A stretch of 64,000 nt of DNA from positions 6,262,001 to 6,326,000 of the forward strand of contig OZ234494.1 of the NCBI GenBank assembly GCA_965153455.1. The letters are read 5' to 3'. Position numbers and translations under genes: made by a program. Below are positions 12,893-26,573 of this stretch, piece after piece (the first letter of the stretch is position 1; each line of letters begins with the position of its first letter). The notes under the pieces are model-generated. The model did not search any database. It had not been told where the DNA came from and was given only the letters and a program-made list of their open reading frames with translations. The stretch comes from Sphagnum compactum. Lineage: Eukaryota.

Positions 12893-13020
12893 CATAGAGT
12901 ACGTAACTTAGACGGAGAGACAAGAATGACGGGAGCAACAAACAACACGCGCACTCTCGCATAGAGTCCTTAACAGACGGAAAAGGTAAGAATGACGAGA
13001 GCAACAAGCAAGACACGCAC
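12893..13020. repeat. Diverged tandem duplication, ~67 bp x2
   Basis: CATAGAGT...AGACGGA...AAGAATGACG(G/A)GAGCAACAA occurs twice. The minus strand is CT-rich, like a transcript leader. Confidence 0.75.
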
Positions 13021-13149
13021 AGTGAATGAAACTAGCAACAGCAGCAACAGCAAAAGTAGACGGAAAGATAAGAACGGTGGAGCCGGGACAGCAAAATATA
13101 TGGAGTCTAGGACAAGACGGTGGAGCCGGCCGATGGTAGGCAGGTCTTA

Positions 13150-13509
13150 GAGCATCTCCAGCGGTGCTCAATTTGTGACCTAACGAAAATATTTTTCACA
13201 TCCAAGATTAGTTATGTACTCTTTTGCAACCCCACCCATAAAACTGAAACTGGGACAGCAAATAGATGGGAAACCACCTGGACGAATCATTATGATGGGC
13301 CAATCGAAACACTGAGCTGCCAGATCATATTTATTACACTCTTGTTTTTTTTCAGGTGCAGAGCGCTGCTGCGCTTTTTACCAGCCACAGCAACGCGAGC
13401 AATTATGTGGAGCCAAAACCACTTTACTGAGCCAAACCGGCATACTGTAGATTTCCTTCATCCAATTTTACTGTGCAGGATCACATACCGAGCGCCGCTG
13501 GAGATGCTC
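13150..13509. mobile_element. PIF/Harbinger (Tourist-like) MITE, 360 bp
   Basis: TIRs GAGCATCTCCAGCGGTGCTC / GAGCGCCGCTGGAGATGCTC match at 19 of 20 positions. Flanks are TTA and TAA. Confidence 0.88.
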
Positions 13510-16500
13510 TAAGATTAGATAGTTTAGCTACTTAGCGGACTGTAGTGGTGGCGGCTACACACTGACTGGCTGTAAAGCCCCCAGCTCCTGCATGTGAAGT
13601 ATCTAGTCTTATGTACTATTCGAAGCTCAATTCTCTAGTCTGAGAGAGAGCTGAGAGCTGGCTAGAATTTCTCGTAGAAATATGATGATGGACAACAGAT
13701 GGCAGTGTACATCATGGAAATACTAGGGCCGGCGGCATATTAATATTTGCAAGGGATTTAGAGAATGTCACCTTACTTTGTAATATTCTTCTGCATGTGG
13801 TGGCACTGGAGCTTCGGTTTTGTAACGTACCTTTTAAGTCTTTCTACTTGGAAGTTGGGATGATCCATGGTTCTTTACTATTTTTGTGTAACTGATTTCT
13901 ATATATATAATAACTTAGAAAGAAACAAGGGTGTTACTGGTAAAATATTTGGTTTTTTTCCTTTGGTTTTCTGCAAGATTATAGGCATGATTAGAACCAT
14001 GTATGTACCAAAATTCATGTCATTCATGTAAATTCAATTGAGCACTGTACAATTAGGCTTCAACCTCCCATCCATACCCCCATATACAACAACATATATA
14101 ATCCATGCCATCCCTGAGACAAATCCCACAAAATGATGTTTGGGGGTCAATGCATCATCCAAAGTCTCCAACTTGAATACTATGACACTCTTTGATGCAT
14201 TTTTGAGCAAGTCCTTTTCACAATGTTCTATGATCTAAGAACTTTCCAAATTAGCATTGCACTAACTTTTTTTGAGCAAGAAATCCTTTTCACATGTATG
14301 ATTTAAGAACTTGCATGAATTTGGACACTTTTTTATTAATTGAAAAAATACCAATTGCCTCTTCACAAACAAGAGTACAATGCTAAAGTTTTCAAGACCT
14401 TAAGACTCTATAGTGATTTGCATGAGCATAGGCCACATGTATTGCACCTCTGAATATGAAAAGACTCCACTTCTATTGTAGTTTCATATATATATACACA
14501 TTCATGTATGTTGAGCACCTTGCTTAAATTTTGCCACTTATTTCTGCTATGGGATTTGAGGTTTGTTTTCCTTGTCTTCCCTTGTAGCTCAAACATCCCA
14601 TCTTCAACTTGAATCCTGTGAATCATGTTTGATGTTCTGTTTTGCAGTACAATGATGATTGTCTTCTGCATTGGAATTGCTTCTATGGTGGTAATAAATC
14701 ATGATACCAATCTCGGTTATGCACCAACCAGGGTTTTGTTTCTCAATTTTGTGGTGTAGAACCTGGTGGTGATCATATAAGAAGATTTAGCCAAATTTGT
14801 CTATAGACCAGATATGAAAGTAAATTCTTTTCAAAGAAACCATTTATGTTTTGGCTACCCCCTTGAACCTGTTGTAGAAATCTCCTTCTGGGTTACCTGT
14901 AGGCAACAACAACAACAACTAGGGTTTTGAGCTTCTTCTGTAATTAGAAGTCATGAAGCTGATGTGGGTTATGTCATGTGATTGAGAATGTAGAAGGGTA
15001 CATTTCCAAGATCTTGGATCTGGATTACATATAATGTACAGAATATTATGTAAACCAGGGAAACTTCATCACAGATTAGGGTTTGCCAGTAACAGGGGGA
15101 TGTTCAAAATAGATCATGAAAATGACAATTTTCCTAGTCTGCTGACAGACATCATCCTATCTAGGTTCAAAATTGTACATCCTGAAACTGAATTGGACAT
15201 TCAGGTTTGGCGCTGTCCATTTTTAGGTTTGGATTAGGTTTAAATGTTCCATATTCAAAAGATGTGAAGGATTTTACAGCAGATTCCGCCACTTTTTATG
15301 CATCCAATAAGATTGCTAACTTATGGCTTCTTGACTAACGTGCCAAACTTAATTCATCTGCTCTGCCTAACAAAGCAAGGTCAATTAAAATAATTCATGT
15401 AATTTTTTTCCTGCTTTAAGAAAAATAAAAACAAAAGTTGATGGCCCCTTCCAACCAGATAGTAGAATCACACTATTGTGATTCCCCCAATTTTATTCTT
15501 TCATTAAATACTTATTTTCTTTCACACCCAACTACCTTGCAAAGGTGTCGATGCACACCTCAAAAATTTGGCATCAACACGGAGAGAGAAGTTTTCCACA
15601 TTTATTCTTCAATAAACAGGGTTCATTACCCTTTGCAAATGATTTTAGAATGTTCAAAAGTATAGAAATTTGATTCTTTAATAAAAATACCCAATAAATA
15701 AAAAATATTTTTAACTTATAAACAATTATAATCACATAACTATTTTATTCTCCTTCAACTTTGCAAATTTTAAAAATGAAATATCATTGCTTGAAATGTG
15801 AACAAAATCTGAAATTTGGAATTATTTTCATACTTTATTACTTTTCTTGTATTTGGATGATGAAAGTTACATGCATGGGATTTGATAATTTAAATCCAAG
15901 GTAGGTAGGTGTAGTTCATAAAATGGTTTTAAAATGAAATGAAATGAACATACAAAATATCAATTAGTATTGTATCTTTCTTTTATGTTGATAAAAACAA
16001 CATCGAAGACTCAAACGTCATTTTAGATTTCATTTGGGATCTCAAATAGAGACTCCAACACAAGTTTGTCCATGTCTATCCTAGGAGACCCAGATAGGTT
16101 GCCTCCACAACAAGTTTATTATTATTATTTTAAAGGTTTTTTTTCCCCTTTCTTGATCCTCTTTTTCTTTTTGGTGATTTTTTTTTTTTTTTTTCATAAT
16201 AGTTGGGGAGAGAGATGTCAAAATGAATACTTTTTTATATTGGGGAGTCTTCAAAGTTTGTGAACTTTTTTGTGATTGGGCCATTCAATGAGGCTCATTG
16301 CAAAAAAGATATTTAATTAAAATTTAAAAATCTGAACTTGATCCCCAACTAATTAATATGGAGCACAAGTATACTATAGTCACTAAACATCGCCATGTGT
16401 AACAATTATTCATAGACAAGGTTATCACTAGAGATGACATTCGAATCTGAGAGGACTTTGTCATAGTTGATTTCACCCATCTGGGTATCATGATATAGTG

Positions 16501-17865
16501 TGCATCATTATCCACAAGAATGCATGCAATGACATTTGTCTTGTAGGAGAAAACGTAGAGTGTGTATTGAGAAACCATTTCATTTTATTTATCATAGAAA
16601 TTTATGGTTGTCTTCATTCTCATTTTGACTCATTTTTTATTTTTTGTGCTCATGTCACTATAACCCGTCATAAAAAAAAACTAAAAAAATAATAATATTT
16701 ATCTCTTATTATTAGCCTTTCAATTGTGCGGAGGCCATTGCAACTTTTCACCATATTGTTGTACTTGAGAAACGATTGTCATCTCTTCCACACATCATAG
16801 TCAGTGCACCTTTGTTTGTTTGTTTGTTGATAGAACAATTTGTGATAGACAATGCTTTTTTAGTTTACAATCTTTTATTTTATTAATGTATTAATGGTGT
16901 ATTGATTGTCATGTTCTTTCGTGACATTGTGCTTTGATTTGCCTTGTACTTCTTGACGATGGGTTCTCATCCGTGCCTTTTTTTTTAAAGAAAATTATAT
17001 GCAGGGTTTTTTCTCTTGCACATTACTTTTTGTACATTTTGTTTTAAGTTTGTGAAGTAGGTGGACTTAGGATCATCCACAAGTGTCCCTTAGCCAAATG
17101 TGGTCAAAGAGAAAGTTTATGTATGCAGAGTGAAAGGGATCTTAGACCTACATGTAGGTCAGGCACCACCCTAACGGGCTTCACAGGTTTGAGCTCCTTT
17201 ATGAATAATGGTAGAGCCCAAGTTCACAAGGGTGAAAACTTGTGGAGCTTCCAAGGCCATTAGCCTTACTCAGCAGAAACAATTTTCCAAAAAGAATCTC
17301 CCCATGTGCGAGAGTGAAAAGGTAGTTTACTTGTAACCCCAGGCTTGGGAGTGAGTAGTTACACATCCTAAACCCTAAACCTAAACCCACCTACTTCACA
17401 TGCATAATCTAAATAAATGCATTAAAATAACAAATGAATTTTTTTTCAAAATTGATTTATGATAGGTGTGTAAGAGTTGTCTCACTCTGAAGGAGTAGTT
17501 GAATCTCTCTCCACTTTTCTAGGAGGGATATTCAGAGATATAAGGTACCCTCCAAATGCACTTAGGAGATCTCTTAGTTGAATTCAAATCTGATTGATAC
17601 CAATTTACCCAATCTAGAGTAACCATATTTCAACATTGGATTTTGTTCAGGCATGCAGAAATACCAAGAATCAAAAGCCTGAGCTGAACTGGTTCCTTAT
17701 CAAAGATTGCCATGGACCAACAACATCTTGGTGAAGCATCATACTAAGTGCACATAATAAGAATCTTTAAGCAGCATTGCTGAGGATCTTAAAGAAGATA
17801 CTGGAAGATCAAGAAGATTTGAGATTTGATATATTACTTGCCCCATTACAATGTTCTTTACAACA

Positions 17866-18015
17866 AAAGATGGATGTCCTTGTATGCCAAATGTCAAATG
17901 ATTTCACTGGATTTTGAGTAAGTTCATTGTTCACAATGAATGGGACTTAGTGAGGACACAATAAATTCACTAGTTTATTGAGAAAGGACTAGTGAACTGC
18001 ACCCACATTTTGTAG
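17866..18015. mobile_element. Decayed copy of the CACTA mini-element seen at 30682-30835
   Basis: TACAACAAAAG...GATTTCACTGGATTTTGAGT...GGACTAGTGAACTG...CACATTTTGTAG aligns to the intact copy. Termini are lost. Confidence 0.7.
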
Positions 18016-18209
18016 ACATCAAAAACAAACAAACAAACATGTGGCCCCATTTCTATCAACATATTGCAAGACCAACTGGCCCTAACACAATGGCCTATTC
18101 CAACACAATATTAGACAAATGTACTTGAAGAAATGTTGTACATTGCAAATACATGTATTTTCTCTTTCTCTAAATTGGACCCATTAATCCCATAGACTAT
18201 ATATATTAA

Positions 18210-18422
18210 AGGTGCCTTCACACTTGGTGTTAGGGACTTTAGTGTTGAGTCCCCTAACACCATGCTAGTCATTTAGGACTTACACTTACTTACCATAAAC
18301 ATTTTATATTAAGCTAACATTCACTTAAAATTTAGCTATTGCCCATTTAAAATTGGGTGCCACCTAGGATGCCACCTAGATTTTCATTTAACACCGACTT
18401 AACTTCAAGTGTGAATGCACCA
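18210..18422. mobile_element. PIF/Harbinger-type MITE, 213 bp
   Basis: TIRs GGTGCCTTCACACTTGGTGTTA / TAACTTCAAGTGTGAATGCACC, TAA on both sides (18207-18209, 18423-18425), and an internal hairpin at 18227-18262. Confidence 0.8.
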
Positions 18423-21039
18423 TAAGTGTATACAAGCCATGTGTTTTATATCTGGCATTTGAAGATATACTTTGGGCCAAGGAATCTAATCAGTGGTGGG
18501 CGGGGCTGTATAAGATTATGTTGCTCAGCACTCACAAGTGCACCATCCATTGGAAACCCATTATGACTCAGCTCCGGATGAAGAGCCTATCCTTTAAACC
18601 TTCTACTTCCACCTCACACCACCTACTTAACTACTTGTCTAAGTAGGTAAGTACCATAGGCAAGTAGGTAGGAAATATAAGTGGTTACAATCTAGGTGGG
18701 CAAGTAGGTAAGGCACTTGGTGGCTACTAGTTAAGTAGATGGATACATGTCGATGGTTCACTCATAACAAAACAACATACCCAACCAAAGTAGGTTAAAT
18801 TTTTTTACTCCCAAATTCCGGTTCTCTAGTAAGGTTTAGGGTCTAGCTCTCCTCAATTAAGGTCCTAGGGTCCCCCACCCCTGAAGTCAGATTTGAACTC
18901 ATGACCCTTCCCAAAAAAGGGGAAGGTGTCAAGTGTCAAACCCTAAACACATAAATGAGTTTGTGAGGAAAATGTGAATATTTTTGTTTCAACTTTACAC
19001 TATCAAAAATAAAGAAATCACATACTTGATACACATGGGAATCCATGGCTTAGTGGTTGGTAAATCATCTTTCTTAGTATATGTCTTGGATTCAAATTCA
19101 CCTTTTGGGAAGGAGTAACGCACCACTTGACCCTTACCCTTGAAGATTACTTTTGATGCATGATTGTTATCAAAAGGTGAGAATTGACTCAGTGAGAACC
19201 ACTTAAACTGTTTCCTTGTCAAATTTGATACCCTAGCTCATTATTCAAAATGTGAAAAAAAATTCCAAGAATTGAACCAATTCCTAGTTTTGGTCTAAAG
19301 AACTGAAACCAGCAATTTAAACAAAATATGAGAACCAAATTACATTGGTAAAATGACCTATACACTAGTTTTTTATAAATGAGTTTCAAAAAGTGTTAAG
19401 GTGGTGATTTAGCCAAATTTAGCCAAATTTGATTACAACCCAAAACACCAAGTTGAAACCCTACCATAACCAAGTTATGACACATGAATTTGTTTTGAGA
19501 ATCCTTCCATATTAATGACAGTCTATTATAAATTAACATATATGTTTGGCAATGGGGGAGGAGGAAAAGGGGAAAATCTAACAACAAAGCAAGCCAAATT
19601 TTTGAAAGAAATTCAAAATTTGGCAAAATTCTGATATTTCAAAAGGTTACTATACACTACGTTAATATAGTGTTACAACTCCCCTTTCCCCACCAAGAAA
19701 CATGAAAAATGAACTATAAAATATGAAATTGTTTAAATCTCACCACTTCAACCAATCATCATCATTGGCTAAGAAAAACAAATCAATTTCTTTTGTTGGT
19801 CCTCTCCATAGTCATAGCATCCTATGCATAACTTATTTGTTGGCATAAAGAGGATTTTACATTTTTTGATTGCCATGTGATAGAGATGCTCTTAGAAACC
19901 TAATAGCAAGAACATATTTAGAGTCACGAGTGTTTAGAGCATTGTCAATTCTTTTTGCTAATACTTTTTGTGGTCACAATATTTTTCACATATTTGTGGA
20001 CACAAAGGAGGGTTTACAATATTTGATTTTCAATTTTAACAAAATATGAATATACATGCATTTTTTTCCGTATGTGATGGGGATGCTCTTAGAAAGTTAA
20101 AAGCAAGTTCAAGGAAAACTAAAAGAGATCTTCATTAGTCTTTTTCTTCTTGGCACATTTTCACCAATTTTCATTTTGGCTCTACTTTCAACAACATGGC
20201 AATGGGAGAAGGCAATTTCAAATGAAAAATTCGTCAATTTTAAAGACAAAAAAAAATTGTCTTGCCAAAGTGGCTCTCTAATGATGCCACATGGTGCCAT
20301 CTCATGCAAGAAACAAACCCAATCAAGGGCCATAAAAGGAGTTAGGGTTTGAAGGTGTAGCCAACGGCTTTGACACAAAAGGTATTGATATCTAAAAGAC
20401 ATCCCTATGTTTTTCAAATTTTCATCAATCTCAATGGCTTCCTCTCTACCACTCTTTCCACTATTTGCCAATATAACTTAGAAGATTTTGCCATCTACTT
20501 TAGAAATGTTATATTAGTATAGTTGAAACTTGAATGTGAATCTTCAATGTGTATCTTGGTGGATATTACGATGGGCAATTGACGTTGGACATCATTGAAG
20601 AGTTAAAGCAACAAGTTCAAGAATCGAAGTTTGAGCTAGCTAAAAAAGGTGGGAATGAAATCTAATCTTTTAAGTTCAACATGTTGTTGCAAATGGTGAC
20701 ATGGGTATTCAAATGTAACTCCAATTCTTCATTTCTCAATGTGGGTGTTTCTCTCAATTCATTTTGTGATGTTTCATGAATGATGTCTCTAAACGAAGTT
20801 TGCTCTTTGAAATAATTTTGAGAAAAATTTACATGTTTGAAAATTTTGTGAAAAAAACTTTTGTGACAAAATTCTACTAGATTTCCTTTGTTAATTTCAA
20901 GTTCAAGCGTTTTTTGTATAAGCAAAGTTCTAGATCCAATGTTGCTTCTAGAATAAAAACTCAATTCCTACCTCAAATCCACAACCTAAAATAGTCATTA
21001 ATGAAGCTTCACAATTTACATATCCAAACAAGGTTGTTG

Positions 21040-23660
21040 AAATAGAATCTAAAGAATGCAAAGCTACATATGAATTACATAAAAAGTTTCAAGATGAAAT
21101 GGCATGCAAACTACCATGGGTAGAACTTATAGTTGATAAAAGTGAAAAGATTCACCAAGTCTATTATAAGATGTGCATTAAGATTGAGGGCAAAAAAAAA
21201 CTTTTGGTTCCAAAAATTGATTTTTTATGGAACCATGCCAGGAGAAGGCAAGCTAGGATAGGAGGGCATGGGCTTGCTATGGGTAAATTTTATTGTGTCA
21301 AGGTGAAAGCATGGTAAAATGTACAATTCAATTACCTTGGCAATCTATTTGTCAAGCTAACAAGAAGTAGGACCAAAACCCATCATAAAATTACTATACA
21401 TTCAATCTTTTTACTTAAATGATAAAAATCAAAATACTTCTTCATTATTATGAATTAAAATTAAAATTTTACATTATAAAAGTAGGTTTCAAGTAAGCTT
21501 TTCTAAATGTAAGTAGCTTTTGAAGCGTAATTTTTGCAGTGCAACATTTGTTTCAAGTATGTGTCAAGTACATTCTACCAAAGAGAAAGTAGAATTTATT
21601 TATTTTCCTTCCTTTGAATATACAATGATCTTTATGTTATAATTTCACAAAAAATATATTTCATTAAATTTTATAATGAAAAAATACTTTTGAACACCAT
21701 ATTGACTAGTCAAATTCCCTACTTTTATTATTCCAAAGTTTTTCAAATTTTTTATTCAATTTTGTATAAACCCAATGGAAAGCACCATGGTCTCAAAATA
21801 AAATTTGAATCTACTTTCTTGTGTTTTGTCAAAAATTGTCTCATTTTTAACTCCATTATAAATCAAAGACATTTAATTCTATACTTTAACATGCTTTCAC
21901 TTGTCACTAATATTACACATCAACATAATGAAAGGTTGTATGTTGTTGTTAGTTGAAATATAATTCTAAATCAGGTCATGCATGGCAAAACAACAAAGAG
22001 GAAAAAAACTTGTGCAATTTGTTAAAAAAGTTCATCTTTTGAACCAAAGTAGACCATTGACTAACTATGAAAAAATTTAGAGTTTATACAAGTTTTTGAA
22101 AATCCCACAAAACCCAATCAAACACTAAAGTGATTCAATGGGCTAACAAATGGCTAATAACATGCACAACATAAATGTGTTCCAAGTAAGCAAAGATGTT
22201 TTCAAGGAATCATAATTCATGTCAATTTCCATTAATCAAGTTAGTAATATTAATAATCAAAGTTCACTATCTATTCATGGTTATGTTTTGCAAGGATGGA
22301 AACAAATTTTCATTATATTGACCCTAGACAAGAAATGCAAGCCATCTCCCATAGTTGATTTGGGGAATCTAATCAAGTATGGTGGACTAACTAAAGTTAA
22401 AATTGCAAGGAGACTAATTTGTTTGGGAGTTGATGGTGCTATTGTATTCCAAGGCTTGAAAACAAGTGTAGTAATGTTAATGAGAGCTCAACATGCCTCA
22501 TTCCTCCTTGATGTGCATTACATGGCACATAAAACAAACTTGATTGTTTAAGCATTGTCCCATTTGTCAATTGTTTCAAAGTTGAAGGATCTCTTTACCA
22601 AGTTGTATGGGTACTTTTCAAGATCTCACAAGTGTGCACTTGAATTCTCTAATCTTGTTATTATCATGGAATTAAAAGGGTTTAAAATATTTCAAAATGT
22701 GAAAACTCATTGGATTAGCATTTGGAACCTTTGAAAAAAATCCAATCAAAGTTTAGGACTCCTTGTCAAGATGGCCATGGATGCTCCATTTACAATAGTA
22801 GCTTAATCAAAATGTGATGTTCTTTGTGATGTTAATATTATTTCGGGGCCTCCTATGTTTGTTCCATTGTTGGATGTGTGGACAATTTATATCAAGTTTG
22901 ATATTACTTACAGCCAAAGTTCTTCCCTAATTTGAACTTTAGGAATCAAATCTTGTCTTTTCGAATCAATGGTCGATCCTATGTGGTTTATGGGTATGTG
23001 CAACAACCAAAGGACAAGGACCTTTGAGAATACTAGACTTTGCATACGAGATTAAGGAGATTGAATACCTATGTGCAAATGGTTGCATCAAGGAATTGCA
23101 TAAATGATTTTAAAATAATGACGTTATGAATGCACTTGGCATTGTGTACTCACAATATTGGTTACAAGCCACATCTAAGATGATGTTCCTTTTCCATTTA
23201 CCTACATTGAAGCAAACATATTGTGTGAAGAGACAAATTGGATTAGACTTCTTAGTCATGGAGCTTATTGACGAACATATGTTGGATATTCAAAATTCTT
23301 CATTCAAGTTGACCATAAAAACCAATGCAAAAACAACAATGGATGCACCATTTGATCAAGATCCCTTAACCAAGTTGTGGATGAGATTGTCATCCAATGA
23401 ACTTTTGTTAAATTGATTGAATGAGTTTATGAAGTTGACTAAAACTAATTGTGGTTCAAGTGCTTGGATTAGTGGAAGATGAAAAGTGTTTTTAGCACTC
23501 TTAACTTCATGAAAACAAAGTTGAAAAACCAGGTGGGAGGACACTTGAATAATGTGGTCCATATGTATTCTCAAAAGTTTTATATAAAAGAGACGTTTCC
23601 TTTCCAAAAAACAATCACAAATTGGAGAGAGTCCAAGTCAAGGGCTACAAATGTTCTTAT
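21040..23660 (+). pseudogene. Decayed hAT-superfamily (ZNF862/DUF4371-like) transposase
   Basis: Fragments KLPWVE..HQV..K.C..IEG..KLLVPK.D.LW.H, LSIHGYVLQGW, LICLGVDGAIVFQG, VHYMAHKTNL and a C-terminal dimerisation-like FSTLNFMKTKLKN. Many stops and frameshifts. Confidence 0.8.
21301..21902. mobile_element. 602-bp non-autonomous TIR element nested in the hAT transposase
   Basis: Imperfect TIRs of about 39 bp start AGGTGAAAGCATG / AAGTGAAAGCATG. GTCA is duplicated on both sides. Excision restores the frame GKFYCVTNITHQHNERLY. Confidence 0.8.
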
Positions 23661-24217
23661 AGCCTAGTTTAGGCAAGTTGCAAAGTCAATTTTTGTTTTG
23701 AATTAGTAACATAGTAACATAGTAACATCCCATTTGCTATGAAGGACCAAGTTAATTAAAAGTTCCTTACTAATATTCTCAAGTGATGATGTACTTGTTT
23801 ATGTATTATGCTTTGATGGTAGACTAAATTGTCAATTGGAATAATGTGGCCCATTCATGCTAATACAAGGATATCAATTTTTTGTATTGTGTTCTAAATT
23901 TCTCTAATTCTATGATATTGGCAAGTCTAATTTTAAGAGCATTTTGTCCTTGATAAAGACTTACTATAATTTTCCTTTTGTTTGCATTTTGTCTCTTGTT
24001 TTGGGTCAATGGCTCTTTACTACAATGGGCCAAATCCATTGGATTGAAGTTTGAACCCCAAAAGATAAGTCCATTGATCTGCTCATGTTATACACATGTA
24101 AATTTTCAGTTTTGATAGTCAAATTTCATATTGACCTTGAAATGAAGCATCCACAACCTCTATACATCCCTTTTTCAAGGGTCATCAAATTATGCAAATT
24201 GAAAAGGTCGATGATCC

Positions 24218-24284
24218 TTAGGGTTTAGGGTTTAGGATAAACCCTAAACCCAAACCCTAAACCCTAAACCTAAACCCTAAACCT
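24218..24284. repeat. Interstitial telomeric repeats in inverted arrangement
   Basis: TTAGGG-TTTAGGG-TTTAGG is followed directly by about six (AAACCCT)-type units. Confidence 0.9.
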
Positions 24285-26573
24285 GCAATGTGCTCAGGAC
24301 TCAGGAAAAATAACCTCCGGTTATGGGTCTTTGAGAACTGCCAGTTATCAGTTTCCATTTCTAGTAACTGCCCAACACTGGTGTATTCATCCCCTGTGCA
24401 AGTTCTTACTTGTGTGTAGCTAGACTGTAGCTTTCCTTCTATTGAAGAGTTCAAGTTTGTGTACATACATATATATAGAGAGAGAACACCATTTTCCTAA
24501 CATATAGAAAAACACTCCAAAAAAGAAAAACCTCAATAGTAGGTACCTCTTTGAATATAAACAACATACAAAGAATATTGGGTGAGGGTTATTTACCAAT
24601 GTAAAATCTTCAACAGAAGATAGAACAAGGGGTGTGTCACATTGTGGCCTTGCCATTTACATTAAAAAGTATCTTCAGGCAAAAAAAAGAGTTATGGAAA
24701 CGCAAATATTTCACCATGCAAAAGTATAATCTTTAAGAAACCTCTAAAAGAAACCAAAATCCTTCAAGATATATTATAACTCTATAATTAATCTCAAGTT
24801 TCAACACAAGCCAAAATTATCATCTTTCAAAAATCCTCATATAAAAATAAACCTTTTACCTAAGGGCCAAAATCCCTTAAGCTACTATACTCTATAATGA
24901 ATCTACACACAATATCCTTGCCTTCTTGGTAGGCCAACAACAAAAACATTATGTGTTTGTGCCATGTGGTGATTTTCATTCCCATAATCATCATTTTAAC
25001 ATTGGCCATTCTTCAAGTTGATCCATGTGCTCTATATCGATTTAAAGTGTCTCCTTTAAATTACTACATACAAAAGCTAGATATGTTGTCATTTTATTTT
25101 GTGTTGGTAATCCATCTCATCATTTGCTACGAATATAATCAAACCCAAGTTGGATTTAGTCCAAAAAAGCCTTTGTAGGGCTGAGAGCCCCAAAATGTTT
25201 CTTTCATTTTGGCGAAATTTCACACCCAAAAATACAAATAGCTATAACATAGCCAATTGTTTTTTCCAATATTGGCATGCTCTTCAATATAGGTAGGGGA
25301 AAATTCATTCCCAAGTATTTGAAATCCCTCCATCACTTCCATGTCCCTCATTGACTTAGGATCAAATGCAATGCCACCACAATATGTATTGAGCTACATA
25401 TGAAAAATCATCTGTCTTACATAATCTCATTATTTCTTTTTCTTTGTTTAATAATTGACCATTTATAATATTATATTATCTTTGCCCTTGTAAATTTTTT
25501 GAAATTTATCAATCTAACTTCCCAATATTTTCAAAGAAAAATCTTAATCATGGGGAACACAACCACATAACGTGGGGTATCTTTCTTCCATCAAATGCAC
25601 AGGCCTCTTACAAGATAATGCATTATTTATCAATATGTGCATTATATTCACAAGATCAACATTTCCAATTGAAACAAAATGTAAGCACCAAAATGTGCAA
25701 TCTATATAATTTTTCAAATGATTTGTGCTCAATTGCCTTTAACCTATTTTTTTTTTCTTTTCCTAGCCACCTCATTCCTTTCCCCTACCCACATACATGG
25801 ATATTGGAAAAAAAATTAACATATGCCTTTCCATGTCCACTAGATTTATTTATTTATCTATTTATTTGACATTCCTATAAATAAATTTTCTTTAAAACTC
25901 ACCTTTAATAAAAAGAAAATACTCAAACAGAAATTAGGTATATCATTTGAGCTCAACCATTGGTTATATATGTAAATTGCACACCTAGTTTTTACCCAAA
26001 TGACTTTTCACAACTTTTAATTTCTGAAGCAATTCAATTAAAATTACAACTCTAACTGAAAGGTATTAGAAGATTAGATACCCAATAATAATAATAATAA
26101 TAATAATAAGTCTTGAAATTATAAAAAGGATTAGAAAATACAACAATGAAAAGAACTAGGACATTAAGCAAGAAATGAAACATTGAAAAGCAAGAGCCCA
26201 ACCAGGAGGTAAATTTTTCATCATTGAGCAACTAACTACCTATTCAAAGGGACAACAAAGATATTTGGATAGGTACCCTTAAACCTTCACAGTAGACCTA
26301 ACCATTGCCAATCTAAATGTTGAAGTTTAAACAAACTATCAATGACCCAAGTTAATCTAACCACTCAAACCAAGAAATGTGCATTCAAAAGTACTTTAGA
26401 TTGTACTCTAAGTTAGACTAGCTTGCAGTAGCAACTAAACAAGACAAAACTCAAAGCAAAGAAATATGCACTCAAAAACTACTCCACTGTCCACATCCAC
26501 TCTGAAAAAGTTGAAGCAACTTCACTAAAGACACCTCATGCTACATATTGCCCCAAGTTCCATTCTATATAAA

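Noticed and set aside
13120-13512. 130-aa ORF
   Set aside because: It lies almost entirely within the MITE and has no recognisable domain.
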